Source of the DNA: an uncultured Acidobacteriota bacterium
GTDB taxonomy: Bacteria > Acidobacteriota > UBA6911
Length of the DNA: 64,000 bases
Assembly (NCBI GenBank): GCA_963809485.1
Contig: CAWEJX010000020.1
Location: 1,184,001 to 1,248,000 of the forward strand
Direction of reading: 5' to 3'
Position 1 is the stretch's first letter, and each line of letters begins with the position of its first letter. Below, in pieces: positions 29,803 through 40,438 of this stretch. The notes beneath the pieces are model-generated. The model was not told where the DNA came from, ran no database searches, and saw nothing but the letters and a program-made list of their open reading frames with translations. The position numbers and the translations under genes were made by a program.

Positions 29803-31338
29803 ATGGTGAAGGAACAGCGATACCGTTGGGCTCAGTGGGGCGATCTGAACGCTTTCTTCGGGCTCATGCTCGACAACGTCACCAACCTTGTGGTCCTCAC
29901 CGGGATCCTGGTGGGCGTATTCGGATACCCGGGCGACAAAATCTACAGCCTCATGATTCCGGGCACGGCATTTGGCGTGCTCTTCGGCGACGCCGTTTAC
30001 ACGTGGCTCGCTTTCCGGTTGGCGAAGCGCACGGGCAAAGCGGACGTCACTGCCATGCCCCTGGGGCTCGACACTCCTTCCACCATAGGAATCGCGACAG
30101 CCGTCCTTGGTCCCGTCTACCTCGAGACCCGGGACGCAGTGCTCACATGGCAGGTGGGCATGGCTACGCTCATGATCATCGGCGTCTTCAAAATACTATT
30201 GTCTTTCTTCGGCGACTGGGTGCGACGCCACATTCCGCAGGCGGGGCTCCTCGGATCCCTGGCCGGGCTCGGAATCACGCTGCTCGCCTTCTTCCCCGTG
30301 ATGAAGATTTTTTCAGCCCCTGTCCCCGGGCTCGTAGCCCTGGGAATCATCCTTTATGCCCTCACCGCCAAAAGGCGGCTGCCGTTCGGCATGCCCGGGG
30401 CGTTCCTGGCGGTGGCGGCCGGCTGCCTTCTGTACTACCTCACCGGTGGGCTCGGTCTATTCGGCGCCCGCGCGGCTGCGCCGTCCCTGGAATTGCATGC
30501 TGCATGGCCGATCCCGACCTTCGGCTTCGTCTTCGGGCTGGGCAAAGCTATTTCCTACTGCCGATTGCATTCCCGTTCGCCCTGATCACAATCATCGGCG
30601 GGATCAACAATACCGAAAGCGCGCGCGTGGCCGGCGACGAGTACCGGACGCGCGACATCCTGCTCACCGAAGCAGTAGCGACGGTTGTTGCCGCATTGTT
30701 CGGCGGCGTCGCGCAGTCCACACCGTACATCGGCCACCCTGCCTATAAGGCGATGGGCGGGCGGGCGGCTTATGCATTGGCGACGGGCCTTTTCATCGGG
30801 ATCGGCGGCGCGCTCGGACTGATGTCCTTCGTGGTGGAGGCCATTCCCGAAGCGGTCATCACCCCCATCCTTCTGTTCGTCGGTATCGAGATCGTCTCGC
30901 AGGCATTTATGGAAACGCCGCGCAAGCATGTTCCGGCGGTTGCTTTAGCGATGATCCCGGTAGTTGCCTATCTCGTTCTCACCTACGCCGACAGCCTTAT
31001 CAGGAAAGCTCGATCCGTCGGTCATGCTCCCGAAATCTTTGACCGACGAAGAAAACATTCTGCGCGCAGCGGGACACGGTTTCATTCTGACCGCCATTCT
31101 CTGGGGCAGCTTTCTCGCCGATCTCATCGACGGCAGGCTTCGCCGCGCGGGGGTTTTCATTATTCTGTGCGCGGCACTCACACTCTTCGGATTTATCCAT
31201 TCGGTCACGCCAGCCGGGGAAATTTACCTGCCGTGGCGGCTTGCCAACAATTTGGTCTGGCAGATTGCTCTGGGATACGGTCTGGTTGGAGCAATGTTCC
31301 TCGTCCGCTCGAGTGCGGATCGGCACCAGACTCAGTAA
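29803..31338 (+). CDS. NCS2-like (xanthine/uracil/vitamin C) permease; frameshifts near 30558 and 31002
   Basis: GDLNAFFGLMLDN, VTAMPLGLDTPS, NNTESARVAGDEY, TPYIGHPAYKAMGGRAAY, LFGFIHS, spread over three frames. Confidence 0.85.
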
Positions 31339-31395
31339 GTACCCTCCGGCGGAGCCGGAATCTTTATGGTTGCCGGCCCCTCAAAGAGGCCTGAT
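31335..31395. mobile_element. Isolated degenerate IS200/IS605-type end
   Basis: gtaagtaccctccggcggagccgga...ggcccctcaaagaggcc; two hairpins with the same architecture as the element ends. Confidence 0.5.
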
Positions 31396-31453
31396 AGCAA
31401 CCGATAAAATATTAAACCGGTTTCACGCTCAATAAACAGGTGTAAAGCTTTGT

Positions 31454-31543
31454 GAACCGCAGAATGTCGAATACAGAATGATGAATTTCGAAGTCGGGCC
31501 TAACCTCTGCGGTTCGACATTCGATATTCGACATTCAATATTC
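31454..31543. repeat. Heptamer-based inverted repeat cluster (GAATRTC/GAYATTC)
   Basis: gaaccgcagaatgtcgaatacagaatgatgaatttcgaagt...ctgcggttcgacattcgatattcgacattcaatattc. Confidence 0.6.
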
Positions 31544-31731
31544 ATACTGAGGCTGGCACATCGGCAGAGCCGGGGGAGCTCCTGTTGGATTGGCATGGAT
31601 TGCATGAAAAGGTTGCGGCATGAATCCGATACGGGATTATGTCCAGGCCGCAATGCCCGGCCGTAGATGTCCGGGAGGCTCACTATTTCTTCCGCTATAT
31701 CTTGCCCATCGTGAATGGATCCGCGAAAGGA

Positions 31732-32961
31732 TCACAAGGACCCTTTCCGGCGGGCAACCTCCCCGGGAACAAGAAAATGGCTGCCAAACAGGCTCACCGT
31801 CTTATCGGGGCTCGCCTGCAAAGCCTTCTTGAGCTCAAGAACCACTCTGCCGGCGGCGGTCTGATCCCAGAACCAGTCCTGGAGAAGCTGGCTGGAGGCT
31901 CTTGCCTGGCCGGGATGGATCGTAATCGCTTCCCTGTAATAGGCCTTCAGATCCTCAACGGCAAATTTCAGCGAATATATTATTGGCAGGTCTTTTCGAG
32001 GATTTTGGGGTTGCTCCTCTTTAATAAATGAATAGATGAAATCAGCCAAAGCTTCAGGTCCAAGACAGCTGAGGCCTAAGGTTGTTCGCTTTCGTCTGTC
32101 CACCGCCATGTCATACCATGGGCGCATGGCAGCCATTTCCCTGCGAAGAGCCTCTCCGGGATCCGGCGATTCCCTTGTTTCTGCGGCAAGCCGGAGAAAA
32201 TCGTCCGGGAAAACGAGTTTCACTTCTTCTGCCGAAGATTCCGGGTCCCCATCGGGAAAGTCCTCCAACAAAGGTCCGCCGGGCGCCTCGAGCAAATTTA
32301 GAGCGGCCAACAGCACTTTCCTCTGCAGAGACGCATTATCCGGCGGTCCCATGGGGCGCCCGAACTCAAAGGACACCCACAGCGCTCGGGGCGGTTTCAT
32401 TTTTTCGGTGTGCGGGCGCAGGAGGCTGACACCGGTTGTCGGCACTCCGGCTTCTTCAATGAACTGGGATATCGCGCCCACGGCGCGCGTGCATCCCGGT
32501 CAGGCAGGCAAAAGCAAGACAGCGTCCACGCTGTCATTCCTGAGCCGATGAGCGACCTCGTAAGCGGCCTCTTTGAAATCCGCCGGCTCGTGCGCACTGT
32601 TGAACGAGTAGTGTGTTGCGGCCAGGCTGCCGATAATTTTTTCCGCCAGCAACTCTCTCAGGCGGTCGAGAGGGAAAACCACATTCCAGTCGCGCTGGAA
32701 TCCCGTCCGGTCAAAACTGGCTGCCATATGAGACATGACCAGGTCGTTGGGCTGAACATTTCCAGGTATCGTTCGAAAAAAGTCCTGCGGATCCATCCGG
32801 AAAGGTTGATCCTCACGCCCGTGCAGTCCGGCTGTTGTAATGATGGCTATGCGCCTTGTATTCAGCGGGGGGCCGGTTACCCAGGGGTGGGTTTCAAACT
32901 CGGAGCACTTGAAGCTCATCAGAAGCCTTCTCTCCGCTTCGCTTACCTTCTCCAGGCGCAT
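31732..32961 (-). CDS. Selenoprotein B-like (PrdB/GrdB family) protein, Sec154 in a UxxC motif, with C-terminal extension (~409 aa)
   Basis: IAIITTAGLH...DWNVVFPLDRLREL...VDAVLLLPA-TGA(32502-32500)-PGCTRAVGAISQFIEEAGVPT...PPRALWV..GRPMG; ORFs 32500..33018 and 31732..32481 share a frame; RBS GGAGGT. Confidence 0.9.
32466..32497 (-). promoter_or_regulatory. Candidate bacterial SECIS element of the PrdB-like gene
   Basis: After UGA: CC-GGGAU-GCACG-CGCGCC-GUG-GGCGCG-AU-AUCCC; loop begins with G 18 nt downstream. Confidence 0.7.
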
Positions 32962-33195
32962 GGCATACCTCCAACGGCTGTTGGTGTGTTTAATTTTCCC
33001 GGGATCGGGCCGCAACAAATCACTGATTTGGATAAAATATCCTATAAATATGCTCTATCCACATCCCGCGTACATTGAAACATATGAAACGCTATATTGG
33101 CTATAGGTATTCGGCTCCGGCCCGGGATTCTGCCTCGGTCGCCCCTTGATCATGGTGATGCTTGACCACTCGATCCGTGTCGCGTGGATCGTTCA

Positions 33196-33233
33196 TCAGC
33201 GCTTTTGTCAGCATCTGTCAGCGTGTCAGCGTT
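33196..33233. repeat. TCAGCG tandem cluster (ACGCTGA family)
   Basis: tcagcgcttttgtcagcatctgtcagcgtgtcagcgtt. Confidence 0.55.
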
Positions 33234-33312
33234 ACCATTCTGTATTTCTCGCATCATCTCGTGTTATATTGCAGACCTGATTATCACATCTAACAACCTG
33301 GGGCCATTGCAT

Positions 33313-34918
33313 ATGAAGATCATTGTAACCGAGAGAATAGCCGACGACGGCGTGAATTACCTGCGCCAGAACGGATTTGAAGTCGACACAAAATACGGCA
33401 TTTCGCACGAAGACCTGCTCGCAATTATCCAGAACTACGATGCGATCATCGTCAGGAGCGTAACCAAGGTAAACCGCGAGCTGATTGACAAGGGCGTCAA
33501 CCTGAAGGTTGCGGGACGGGCCGGCAACGGGATCGACAATATCGACGTGCCGCACTGCACGAACAAAGGCATTATTGTCGTCAACACTCCCGAAAGCAAC
33601 ACCATGGCGGCGGCGGAGCTCGCTATCGGGCTGGCATACTGCCTTTTCCGCAACATCCCCCAGGCAAACTCGGCGGCCAAAGGAAAGGATTTCAGGAGGA
33701 ACAACTTCCTCGGGACGGAACTCGACGGCAAGGTGGTGGGCATCATCGGCCTGGGCCGGATCGGCTCTATTGTTGCCCGCAAACTGATCGGCGCAAACAT
33801 GAAGGCAGTGGCCTACGATCCGTACATTACCGACGAAAAGTTCAAGAGGAACGGCGTCGAGAAGTGCCAGACGCTCGACGAGCTGTTGCGGCAGTCGGAT
33901 CTCATCACGATCCACACGCCGAAAACCGAAGAAACTTACGGAATGGTGGGAGAAGAGCAGCTGAAGATATGCAAGAAGGGCGTAAAGATCGTCAACGCCG
34001 CAAGAGGCGGTCTGATCAACGAAAAAGCCCTGTATGCCGCAATCAAAAGCGGGCAGGTGTCCGGAGCCGGAATTGACGTCCTGGATCCGGAGCCGGGCTA
34101 CGACAAGGCTCCCGAAGATCAGACGTATCAGAATCCCCTGCTGGAACTGAGCCAGGTTGTCATCACGCCCCATCTGGGCGCCTCCACCAAGGAGGCAAAT
34201 TATAATGTCGGCACGGCCATCACAAAGCTGGTCTCGGATGCCCTAAAAGGCGAAATCGTGGCCGCGGTGAACATGCCCCCCTTGAAACCGGGCGACCTGA
34301 CGGAGTCTGAAGCCTTACATCGACCTGGCTGAAATGCTGGGTAAGATGTACTACCAGGCCGAGAAGGAGACGGTTCAGAAACTGGAGGTCATGTATTACG
34401 GCGATCTGGCGGACAAAGAGACAAAGGTCATTTCTCTTTCCGCCCTGAAAGGATTCCTGAATCCCATAGTCCAGGAGAAAGTGAATTACGTAAATGCGGA
34501 GCTGATCGCGGAGAACATGGGGATCGAGTTGATCGAGAGCCGGAGTTCGCATCTGGACAAATACACGAACATGATCACGGTGAAGTTCATCACCAAAACC
34601 AGGGAAATGTCGATTTCCGGAACGGTTTTCGCCAAAGATCAGCTGCGCATTGTCGATTTCTTCGGCTATAAGCTCGATTTCGAACCTGCCCCCTACGTGA
34701 TAGCCATTCAGGGGATCGACAAGCCCGGCATCATCGGGAGGGTCGGCACATTGCTCGGGTCCAACGGCCTGAACATCGCCGCGATGCAGTGGAGCCGGAA
34801 CAAGAGAGGCGAGAAGGCCGTGTCGTTTGTCAGCGTGGATGGAGAAGTGAGCGACACCGTTATGAGCCAGCTGCGCCAAGTGGAGGGCGTGCTGAGAGCA
34901 TCCATGCTGAGACTCTAG
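33313..34918 (+). CDS. serA: D-3-phosphoglycerate dehydrogenase (with ASB/ACT domains); +1 frameshift at about 34306
   Basis: GRAGNGIDNID, GLGRIG, NAARGG, TPHLGAST; removing T34306 gives LTELKPYIDLAEMLGK... and ACT DKPGIIG; adjacent to serC. Confidence 0.92.
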
Positions 34919-34954
34919 GCAAAGCAGGATACGCCAATTTTCCCCACGCCCTCG

Positions 34955-34982
34955 GCGGATGCGGGGTGAAACCCGCATCCGC
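34955..34982 (+). terminator. GC-rich hairpin between serA and serC
   Basis: gcggatgcggg-gtgaaa-cccgcatccgc, 11-bp stem, weak U tail. Confidence 0.45.
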
Positions 34983-35010
34983 TTCAATCACACGCATCAG
35001 GAGAACGTTT

Positions 35011-36111
35011 ATGACGAATCGGGTTATCAATTTCTATGCCGGGCCGGCGGGACTGCCGCTGCCGGCCTTGCAGCGCGCCCAGGAAGAGCTCTTGGATTTT
35101 GCCGGAACCGGCATGTCGGTGATGGAAATCAGCCACCGGTCCAAAGAATATGACGCCGTTCACAACGAAGCCATCGCCCTGGTCCGCGAACTGCTGGACA
35201 TTCCTTCCAACTACCAGATCCTGCTGCTTCAGGGCGGCGCCCACCTGACGTTCGGAATGATCCCGCTCAACCTGCTGCGCGGAGGGAAGAAGGCCGATTA
35301 CATTCTTGCCGGAAGCTGGGCCGAAAAAGCCTACAAGGAAGCCAAACTCGTGGCCGGCGACAATGCGAGGATCGCGGCCAGCACCAAAGAGGAGAAATAC
35401 TCCCGGCTGCCGAAAAATGCCGAAATCAGGATCGGTCCGGACAGTTCGTTCCTGCACTTTACGTCGAACAACACGGTGGAAGGGAGCCAGTTCAAGGAAT
35501 TCCCGCAAGCCGGCGAAGTCCCGTATATCTCGGACATGTCGTCCGACATTATGTGGCGTCCTTTTGATGTGAAACCTTTCGGGCTAATTTATGCCGGCGC
35601 CCAGAAGAATCTCGGCCCCAGCGGCGTTACGCTGGTGATCATCCGCGACGATTTTTTGGAAAAATGCGAAGCTCAGGATCTGCCCAGCTATCTCCGCTTC
35701 AAGATACACGCCGAAAAGAACAGCCTGTACAACACCCCTCCCACGCTGGGCATCTACATTCTGCGCAACGTGCTGGCCTACAACAAGAGCCTGGGCGGAC
35801 TGAAGGTGCTGGAGCAGGCCAACCTGAAAAAGGCGGATATGCTTTACGGCTGCATTGACAGGCATGCGGGCTTCTATCGCGGCTTCATCACGGATAAGAG
35901 CGACCGTTCCGTCATGAACGTGGATTTCTTCCTTCCCACCGAGGAATTGACCAACGCTTTTGTCAGCGAATCCAAAAAGCACGGCATGGTGGGTCTCAAG
36001 GGCTACCGCGATATCGGCGGCATCCGCGTTTCCACTTACAACGCTGTCACGGTGGCGAATGTGGAGACCCTGGTCTCCTTCATGGAGGATTTCGTAAAAA
36101 GGAACGGCTAA
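35011..36111 (+). CDS. serC: Phosphoserine aminotransferase
   Basis: NFYAGPA, SVMEISHRS, DMSS, YAGAQKNLGPSG, NTPP, GGIRVSTYNA. Confidence 0.96.
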   Translation: MTNRVINFYAGPAGLPLPALQRAQEELLDFAGTGMSVMEISHRSKEYDAVHNEAIALVRELLDIPSNYQILLLQGGAHLTFGMIPLNLLRGGKKADYILAGSWAEKAYKEAKLVAGDNARIAASTKEEKYSRLPKNAEIRIGPDSSFLHFTSNNTVEGSQFKEFPQAGEVPYISDMSSDIMWRPFDVKPFGLIYAGAQKNLGPSGVTLVIIRDDFLEKCEAQDLPSYLRFKIHAEKNSLYNTPPTLGIYILRNVLAYNKSLGGLKVLEQANLKKADMLYGCIDRHAGFYRGFITDKSDRSVMNVDFFLPTEELTNAFVSESKKHGMVGLKGYRDIGGIRVSTYNAVTVANVETLVSFMEDFVKRNG

Positions 36112-36139
36112 GCGGATGTAAACGACCCGGATTTAACGA

Positions 36140-36539
36140 GTCAGGTACCTCCGGCAAAGCCGGAGGCTTGAAAGATTTGAACCGCCCAAGGCGGTTGGAG
36201 GAGTTACGCCGGTCTTGAACGCTGACTTACGCGGGCAAAAGCCGATGAGGCGCTTCCGATCCCCGCAGGGGCCAGCGCTCCGCGCTGGACAGTTTTCTGC
36301 GGCGGCACTGTGGCAAGCGCCGTGCGGCAAGAAGATGAAGGGTATGAGAAACCGGGCGTTTGCCACAGTGCCGCCGCAGAAAACTCCATCGGAAGCGCCT
36401 CATCGGCTTTTGCTCGCCGACCCTCGCCGAACAAATCGGCGTTTGTCAGCGCTTTTATCAGCGTTTCTCAGCGTTTCAAAACACGGAGCTGTCAAACTCT
36501 TTGAGTCCCCCGGCAGAGCCGGGGGTTTACCAAGGTAAT
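36140..36539. mobile_element. Non-autonomous IS200/IS605-type palindromic element, full copy 2
   Basis: Near-identical to 6751-7146, same orientation, again just downstream of a stop codon. Confidence 0.8.
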
Positions 36540-36612
36540 GACGCGATTAGCGTCCGGGAAATCGCAAGTCTTCCTTCTTTTGCGCGGCAGTCAGGCAAAA
36601 AGCTGGTGGTTC

Positions 36613-37623
36613 ATGGCGCTCAGTGAGTTTAGCTTTTACGGCGTCGGCGTTCGGGTGGAAAGCCCGGAGGAAGAGTTTCAGCGCGCCGTCGAGCATGATT
36701 TTTCCTACTTCCTGGCGCCGGCGGCCGGCTCGCCGTTCCGCCTGAGCTTTGCCAAATCGCGTCCGGATTACGATTCTCTGCCGGAGTTGACCTGCTCTTT
36801 TGCCACACCCCGCAATATCTGCTTCAGCAACGGCCATTTGACCTACATCGATTATTTCGGCCAGGCACTCAATATCTATGACCGGAAGGCCAACCACAGC
36901 CGGATCATTTCCGACGATGTGGAACTGGCCCACGAGATTGCTTATCTGACCATTCTTTCGCGGGTATCGGAGGCTTTGGAGCGCAATCGGCTGCATCGAA
37001 TACACGGTCTCGGGATTGAATCCGGAGGCAAAGGGACTGTCATTCTTCTTCCCAGCGGCGGAGGCAAGTCCACCATGGCCATTTCCCTCCTCCGCAACAA
37101 CAACCAGTTCCGCCTGATTTCTGAAGATTCCCCCTTGCTGCGGCCTGACGGATGCCTGCTTCCTTTCCCTTTGCGCATTGGCGTCCATCCGCAGAGCCTT
37201 CCTCCCGATATTGATCCTCGGTTTACGCGCCTGGACAGGCGGATCGAGTTCAGCCCCAAGATCAATATCGACGTTCTCTTCTTCGGCGACCAGATCTCGC
37301 GGCAGCCTGTTCCCGCGGCCTCCCTGCTGCTGGGGGCGCGGTCCACCGGCCGCCGCGCTTATATCGAGCCCGTTTCCAAAAGGGCCGCCTTGCGTCACGC
37401 ATTTGCCAACTCCATCGTCGGCATCGGGCTTTACCAGGGGCTGGAATTTATCTTCCAGAAAAGTTTGGGGGAATCGATGCAACACCTCGGGCTTCTATTC
37501 TCCCGCGCATACAACAACCTGATCCTGCTCAAACATACCCGTGTCTATCGTTTTGTAATCGGCCGTGACATCGACAAAAACTACAAGTGCCTGAGCGAAT
37601 TCCTGCTGCGGCAGCAGTCATAG
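36613..37623 (+). CDS. HprK-related P-loop kinase
   Basis: IHGLG...GTVILLPSGGGKST...LISED...LLPFP. Confidence 0.75.
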   Translation: MALSEFSFYGVGVRVESPEEEFQRAVEHDFSYFLAPAAGSPFRLSFAKSRPDYDSLPELTCSFATPRNICFSNGHLTYIDYFGQALNIYDRKANHSRIISDDVELAHEIAYLTILSRVSEALERNRLHRIHGLGIESGGKGTVILLPSGGGKSTMAISLLRNNNQFRLISEDSPLLRPDGCLLPFPLRIGVHPQSLPPDIDPRFTRLDRRIEFSPKINIDVLFFGDQISRQPVPAASLLLGARSTGRRAYIEPVSKRAALRHAFANSIVGIGLYQGLEFIFQKSLGESMQHLGLLFSRAYNNLILLKHTRVYRFVIGRDIDKNYKCLSEFLLRQQS

Positions 37624-37632
37624 CCCTCATTG

Positions 37633-37674
37633 AACGCCGACATACGCTGAAAAAGCCGCTGAAAAACGCTGATC
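37633..37674. repeat. ACGCTGA tandem cluster between convergent genes
   Basis: aacgccgacatacgctgaaaaagccgctgaaaaacgctgatc. Confidence 0.55.
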
Positions 37675-37706
37675 ACTCATTTGCATTTCTCGCAGCTTCC
37701 CTGATT

Positions 37707-38393
37707 TCAGATTCCCGGATAGAGGAAGAGCTTGCCGCGGCGCAGAGTGCTTGCCAGGCAGCCGAGGGTGCAGGCTGAGTTCACCAGCAGGATCAAAGCG
37801 GCATGACCCAACCGGGCGCGCGCCTTCTGCCCCGGCGTGCGACGAATGACTATCAGGCCAAAGCCGAGACCGCAGGCGCATGCAAGCGCCACGGCCAGAG
37901 TCTTCGAGCCGGCCAACGCTGCAACGCCGGCTCCCAGCAGGATCGCAAATAGCAGCGGGAAATAGGTCACAAACACAATGCCGGCGACCGGGGATCGCCG
38001 CCATGCCAGGAGCCTGTGGTGGCCATGGATGCGCGGCCAGGCCGCGAGCGTCCAGTAGACTTCAAGGCGGCTCCTGCGCGCTTTCTGGAAGTGGGCGGCG
38101 CCGGCATAACCATAGCGCCACCACTGGCACGCCAATTCCCACAGGGTCCGGCGCGGCTCATGCCGGACCACGGCGTCCGGCTGGTAAACCAGTTCCCACC
38201 CTGCGCCGGCGACCCGGCGGCACAGGTCCGCGTCCTCGCCGGCGGTCAAGGCGGCATCGTAGCCGCCGGCCGCATCAAGAGCGCTGCGCCTCACAGCAAG
38301 GTTGCAGTTTGGAAAGAAGGGCGTCAGAGCGGGCAGATCCGGACGGAGTAAGTATCCCTTTTCGTAGTAGTCGTCGAGAATGGGAATCAGCAT
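37707..38393 (-). CDS. GT2 glycosyltransferase C-terminal half with TM helices
   Basis: NLAVRR...GGYD...GEDADL...AVVRH...QWWRYG; ATG 2 nt after the upstream TAG, preceded by GGAGAAG. Confidence 0.75.
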   Translation of the reverse strand: MLIPILDDYYEKGYLLRPDLPALTPFFPNCNLAVRRSALDAAGGYDAALTAGEDADLCRRVAGAGWELVYQPDAVVRHEPRRTLWELACQWWRYGYAGAAHFQKARRSRLEVYWTLAAWPRIHGHHRLLAWRRSPVAGIVFVTYFPLLFAILLGAGVAALAGSKTLAVALACACGLGFGLIVIRRTPGQKARARLGHAALILLVNSACTLGCLASTLRRGKLFLYPGI

Positions 38394-38395
38394 GC

Positions 38396-40438
38396 CTATG
38401 CTTCTCCAAACCGGCCGAAGGCCCGTGATACCCAGTCGGCTCGACCGCCGGCCAGGGCGTCGATGCGCCCGCCCACAATCCCGACGCGGGGATCGAGAAA
38501 AAAGGTTTCTTCCAGGGCAGCCAGCCAGTCCGGTTCGGCGATGGCATCGTCGTCGACGAAGGCCAGGATGTCGCCGGCGGCAACGGCACAGCCGGCCGCC
38601 CGCGCGCACCCCACGCCCGTTCTCGGCTCTTCAATATAGCGAACGGGATAGGAAGGCCGGAAACGGCGCACAACCTCGGCCGTGTGGTCGGTGGAGCCGT
38701 TGTCCACGACCACCAGTTCATCCGGCGGACGCGACTGGGCCCGCACGGAGTTCAGGCACCGTTCGAGCAGTTGGGCCCGGTTTCGCGTGACCAGAATCAG
38801 CGAGATTTCGAGCTGCTTTTGCGGAAGCAGGGCAATATCCTGCCAGCTGCGGCGGTGTGCCGCCACTTCCAGGCTCTCAGCAAGCAAATGTCTGAGCGAC
38901 GGCCAGGCTACGGGAACTGCCGCGCCGCGCAGTGCTTGGGCCTGGCGGCGCAGGAAGGAGGCAACCGGATCTCCCAATCCGCGCTCAACGAGCAGATTAA
39001 TGAGCGATTCCGGCCCCCCGGGAAGATGCAGGATGCAGAGCGGTTCTGCCTTTCGCGAAATCTCAACTGTAAGATAAACCGTGCGCAGATTGGCAAAGAA
39101 GAAACGCAGTAGCCGCTCGCGGCCCAGGCGAGGAATTCGAGGGCTGTCGATAACGGAAGGTAATTGAGCCATTGACAGGCTGAGACGCTCCCGCAGGCGT
39201 GCCAGGAAGGCGCCTCCTGCCGGGTATCCCGGATCGCCCTGGTCCGCTGCGCACACGAATGGCAGTAGTCCATCGGCGCTGGTCGTCGTGACGAGGTAGG
39301 GATCCAGCGCCGGACTCCACACGCAATGGCCCAACCAGCCGCTCTCAATCACAAAAACGGGCTCACTGCCAAGTACGCCTCCCCGAAAGGCGCGCTTGAG
39401 CGCGCCATACTCTTCAGCCAGCAAAGCCCGCGGAACCCGGATGATGCGCGCGAAAGAGCCGTAGCCGTCCACGTCCAGCGGATTGGATGGCACGAAGAAT
39501 AAATCGGCAAGCGTGCAGCGGGCATCGGCCGGCGCAATATCCCGCAACGCTTGCAGTCGAGCATCGCAATCCTTCACACGGGGCTCCCCATGAGCAACCA
39601 CCGTCAGGGGCGAGGCCGCCGCTTCCTCATCGAGTTGACCGGCGACGGACCGTAAGACCCCGCGCCAAAGATCAAAGCGCTGAGCGCCGCTCATTTTGTC
39701 GGCGAGGAAGTGAGAGGCATGCTCCCCCTGCAGGGCGACGATCGATGGGCGCAAGGTTTCCGGCAGCATCTTCGTCAGGAACCACACCGCCTCCGCACGA
39801 TTGAGCGGCTCGATTGAAGATGGATCCTGTATGAGCGAGAGCAGGCGCCCCACGTCGGCCAGCGCTTTCCAAATCAGATACCGGCGCTGAGGCGGCGCGA
39901 AGGATTCGGCATCGAGCAGCATGAGGATCTTTTCATTCCATTCTTTGAGCCGCCAGGGCAATGCCTGTTTCAGATCATTCCTGCCCAGCAGCGGGAACTG
40001 CCGCTGCCGCAGCCAATCCTCTCCCCACAGCAGGCGATGCCCGTAGAAACGGGGATCGAACAGCAGGCGGACAAGCGGATAGGTCCGGTATTCGTCCGCA
40101 AGGTCTTTAAGAAAATAGATGCCCTTTTCGTCGGGCGGTCCAAGCATGGGAAAGCAGCGGCGCAGCCATAGAAAACGCCTGCGAATGACCTGAATTTCCC
40201 GGGCGTCGCGCGCCCCGGCAAGGAGGATCTTGAAATCGATGTCGCTGAGCCCGAAATTTGCCTTCCCTGCTGCGGAAGAACCGGACAAATAAATGGCCAC
40301 AAGACCCGGGCGGCGGCGAAGACACAGCACCACAAGAAGGCGGGCCAGACGATAAACCGCTGAATACACCCATGCGAAGGGCGGGATCCGCAGCCGCAAT
40401 ACCCACTCGAGAAGCCGATGACGGAGCCACAAGTTCAT
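38396..40438 (-). CDS. Pol-beta-type nucleotidyltransferase fused to a GT2 N-terminal (nucleotide-sugar-binding) half
   Basis: IYLSGS..AG...FGLSDIDF at the N-terminus; VTRNR...VVDNGSTD...AFVDDD at the C-terminus; ATGA overlap with the radical SAM gene. Confidence 0.8.
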   Translation of the reverse strand: MNLWLRHRLLEWVLRLRIPPFAWVYSAVYRLARLLVVLCLRRRPGLVAIYLSGSSAAGKANFGLSDIDFKILLAGARDAREIQVIRRRFLWLRRCFPMLGPPDEKGIYFLKDLADEYRTYPLVRLLFDPRFYGHRLLWGEDWLRQRQFPLLGRNDLKQALPWRLKEWNEKILMLLDAESFAPPQRRYLIWKALADVGRLLSLIQDPSSIEPLNRAEAVWFLTKMLPETLRPSIVALQGEHASHFLADKMSGAQRFDLWRGVLRSVAGQLDEEAAASPLTVVAHGEPRVKDCDARLQALRDIAPADARCTLADLFFVPSNPLDVDGYGSFARIIRVPRALLAEEYGALKRAFRGGVLGSEPVFVIESGWLGHCVWSPALDPYLVTTTSADGLLPFVCAADQGDPGYPAGGAFLARLRERLSLSMAQLPSVIDSPRIPRLGRERLLRFFFANLRTVYLTVEISRKAEPLCILHLPGGPESLINLLVERGLGDPVASFLRRQAQALRGAAVPVAWPSLRHLLAESLEVAAHRRSWQDIALLPQKQLEISLILVTRNRAQLLERCLNSVRAQSRPPDELVVVDNGSTDHTAEVVRRFRPSYPVRYIEEPRTGVGCARAAGCAVAAGDILAFVDDDAIAEPDWLAALEETFFLDPRVGIVGGRIDALAGGRADWVSRAFGRFGEA

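Noticed and set aside
31335-33140. Selenoprotein gene carried as cargo between two IS200-type ends
   Set aside because: Only one recognisable end (31335-31395); the sequence near 33106-33136 is too degenerate to call a partner end.
38391-38398. Pyrrolysine/TAG readthrough joining the two GT2 halves
   Set aside because: The downstream half is in a different frame; readthrough gives Ala-Cys and then TGA.
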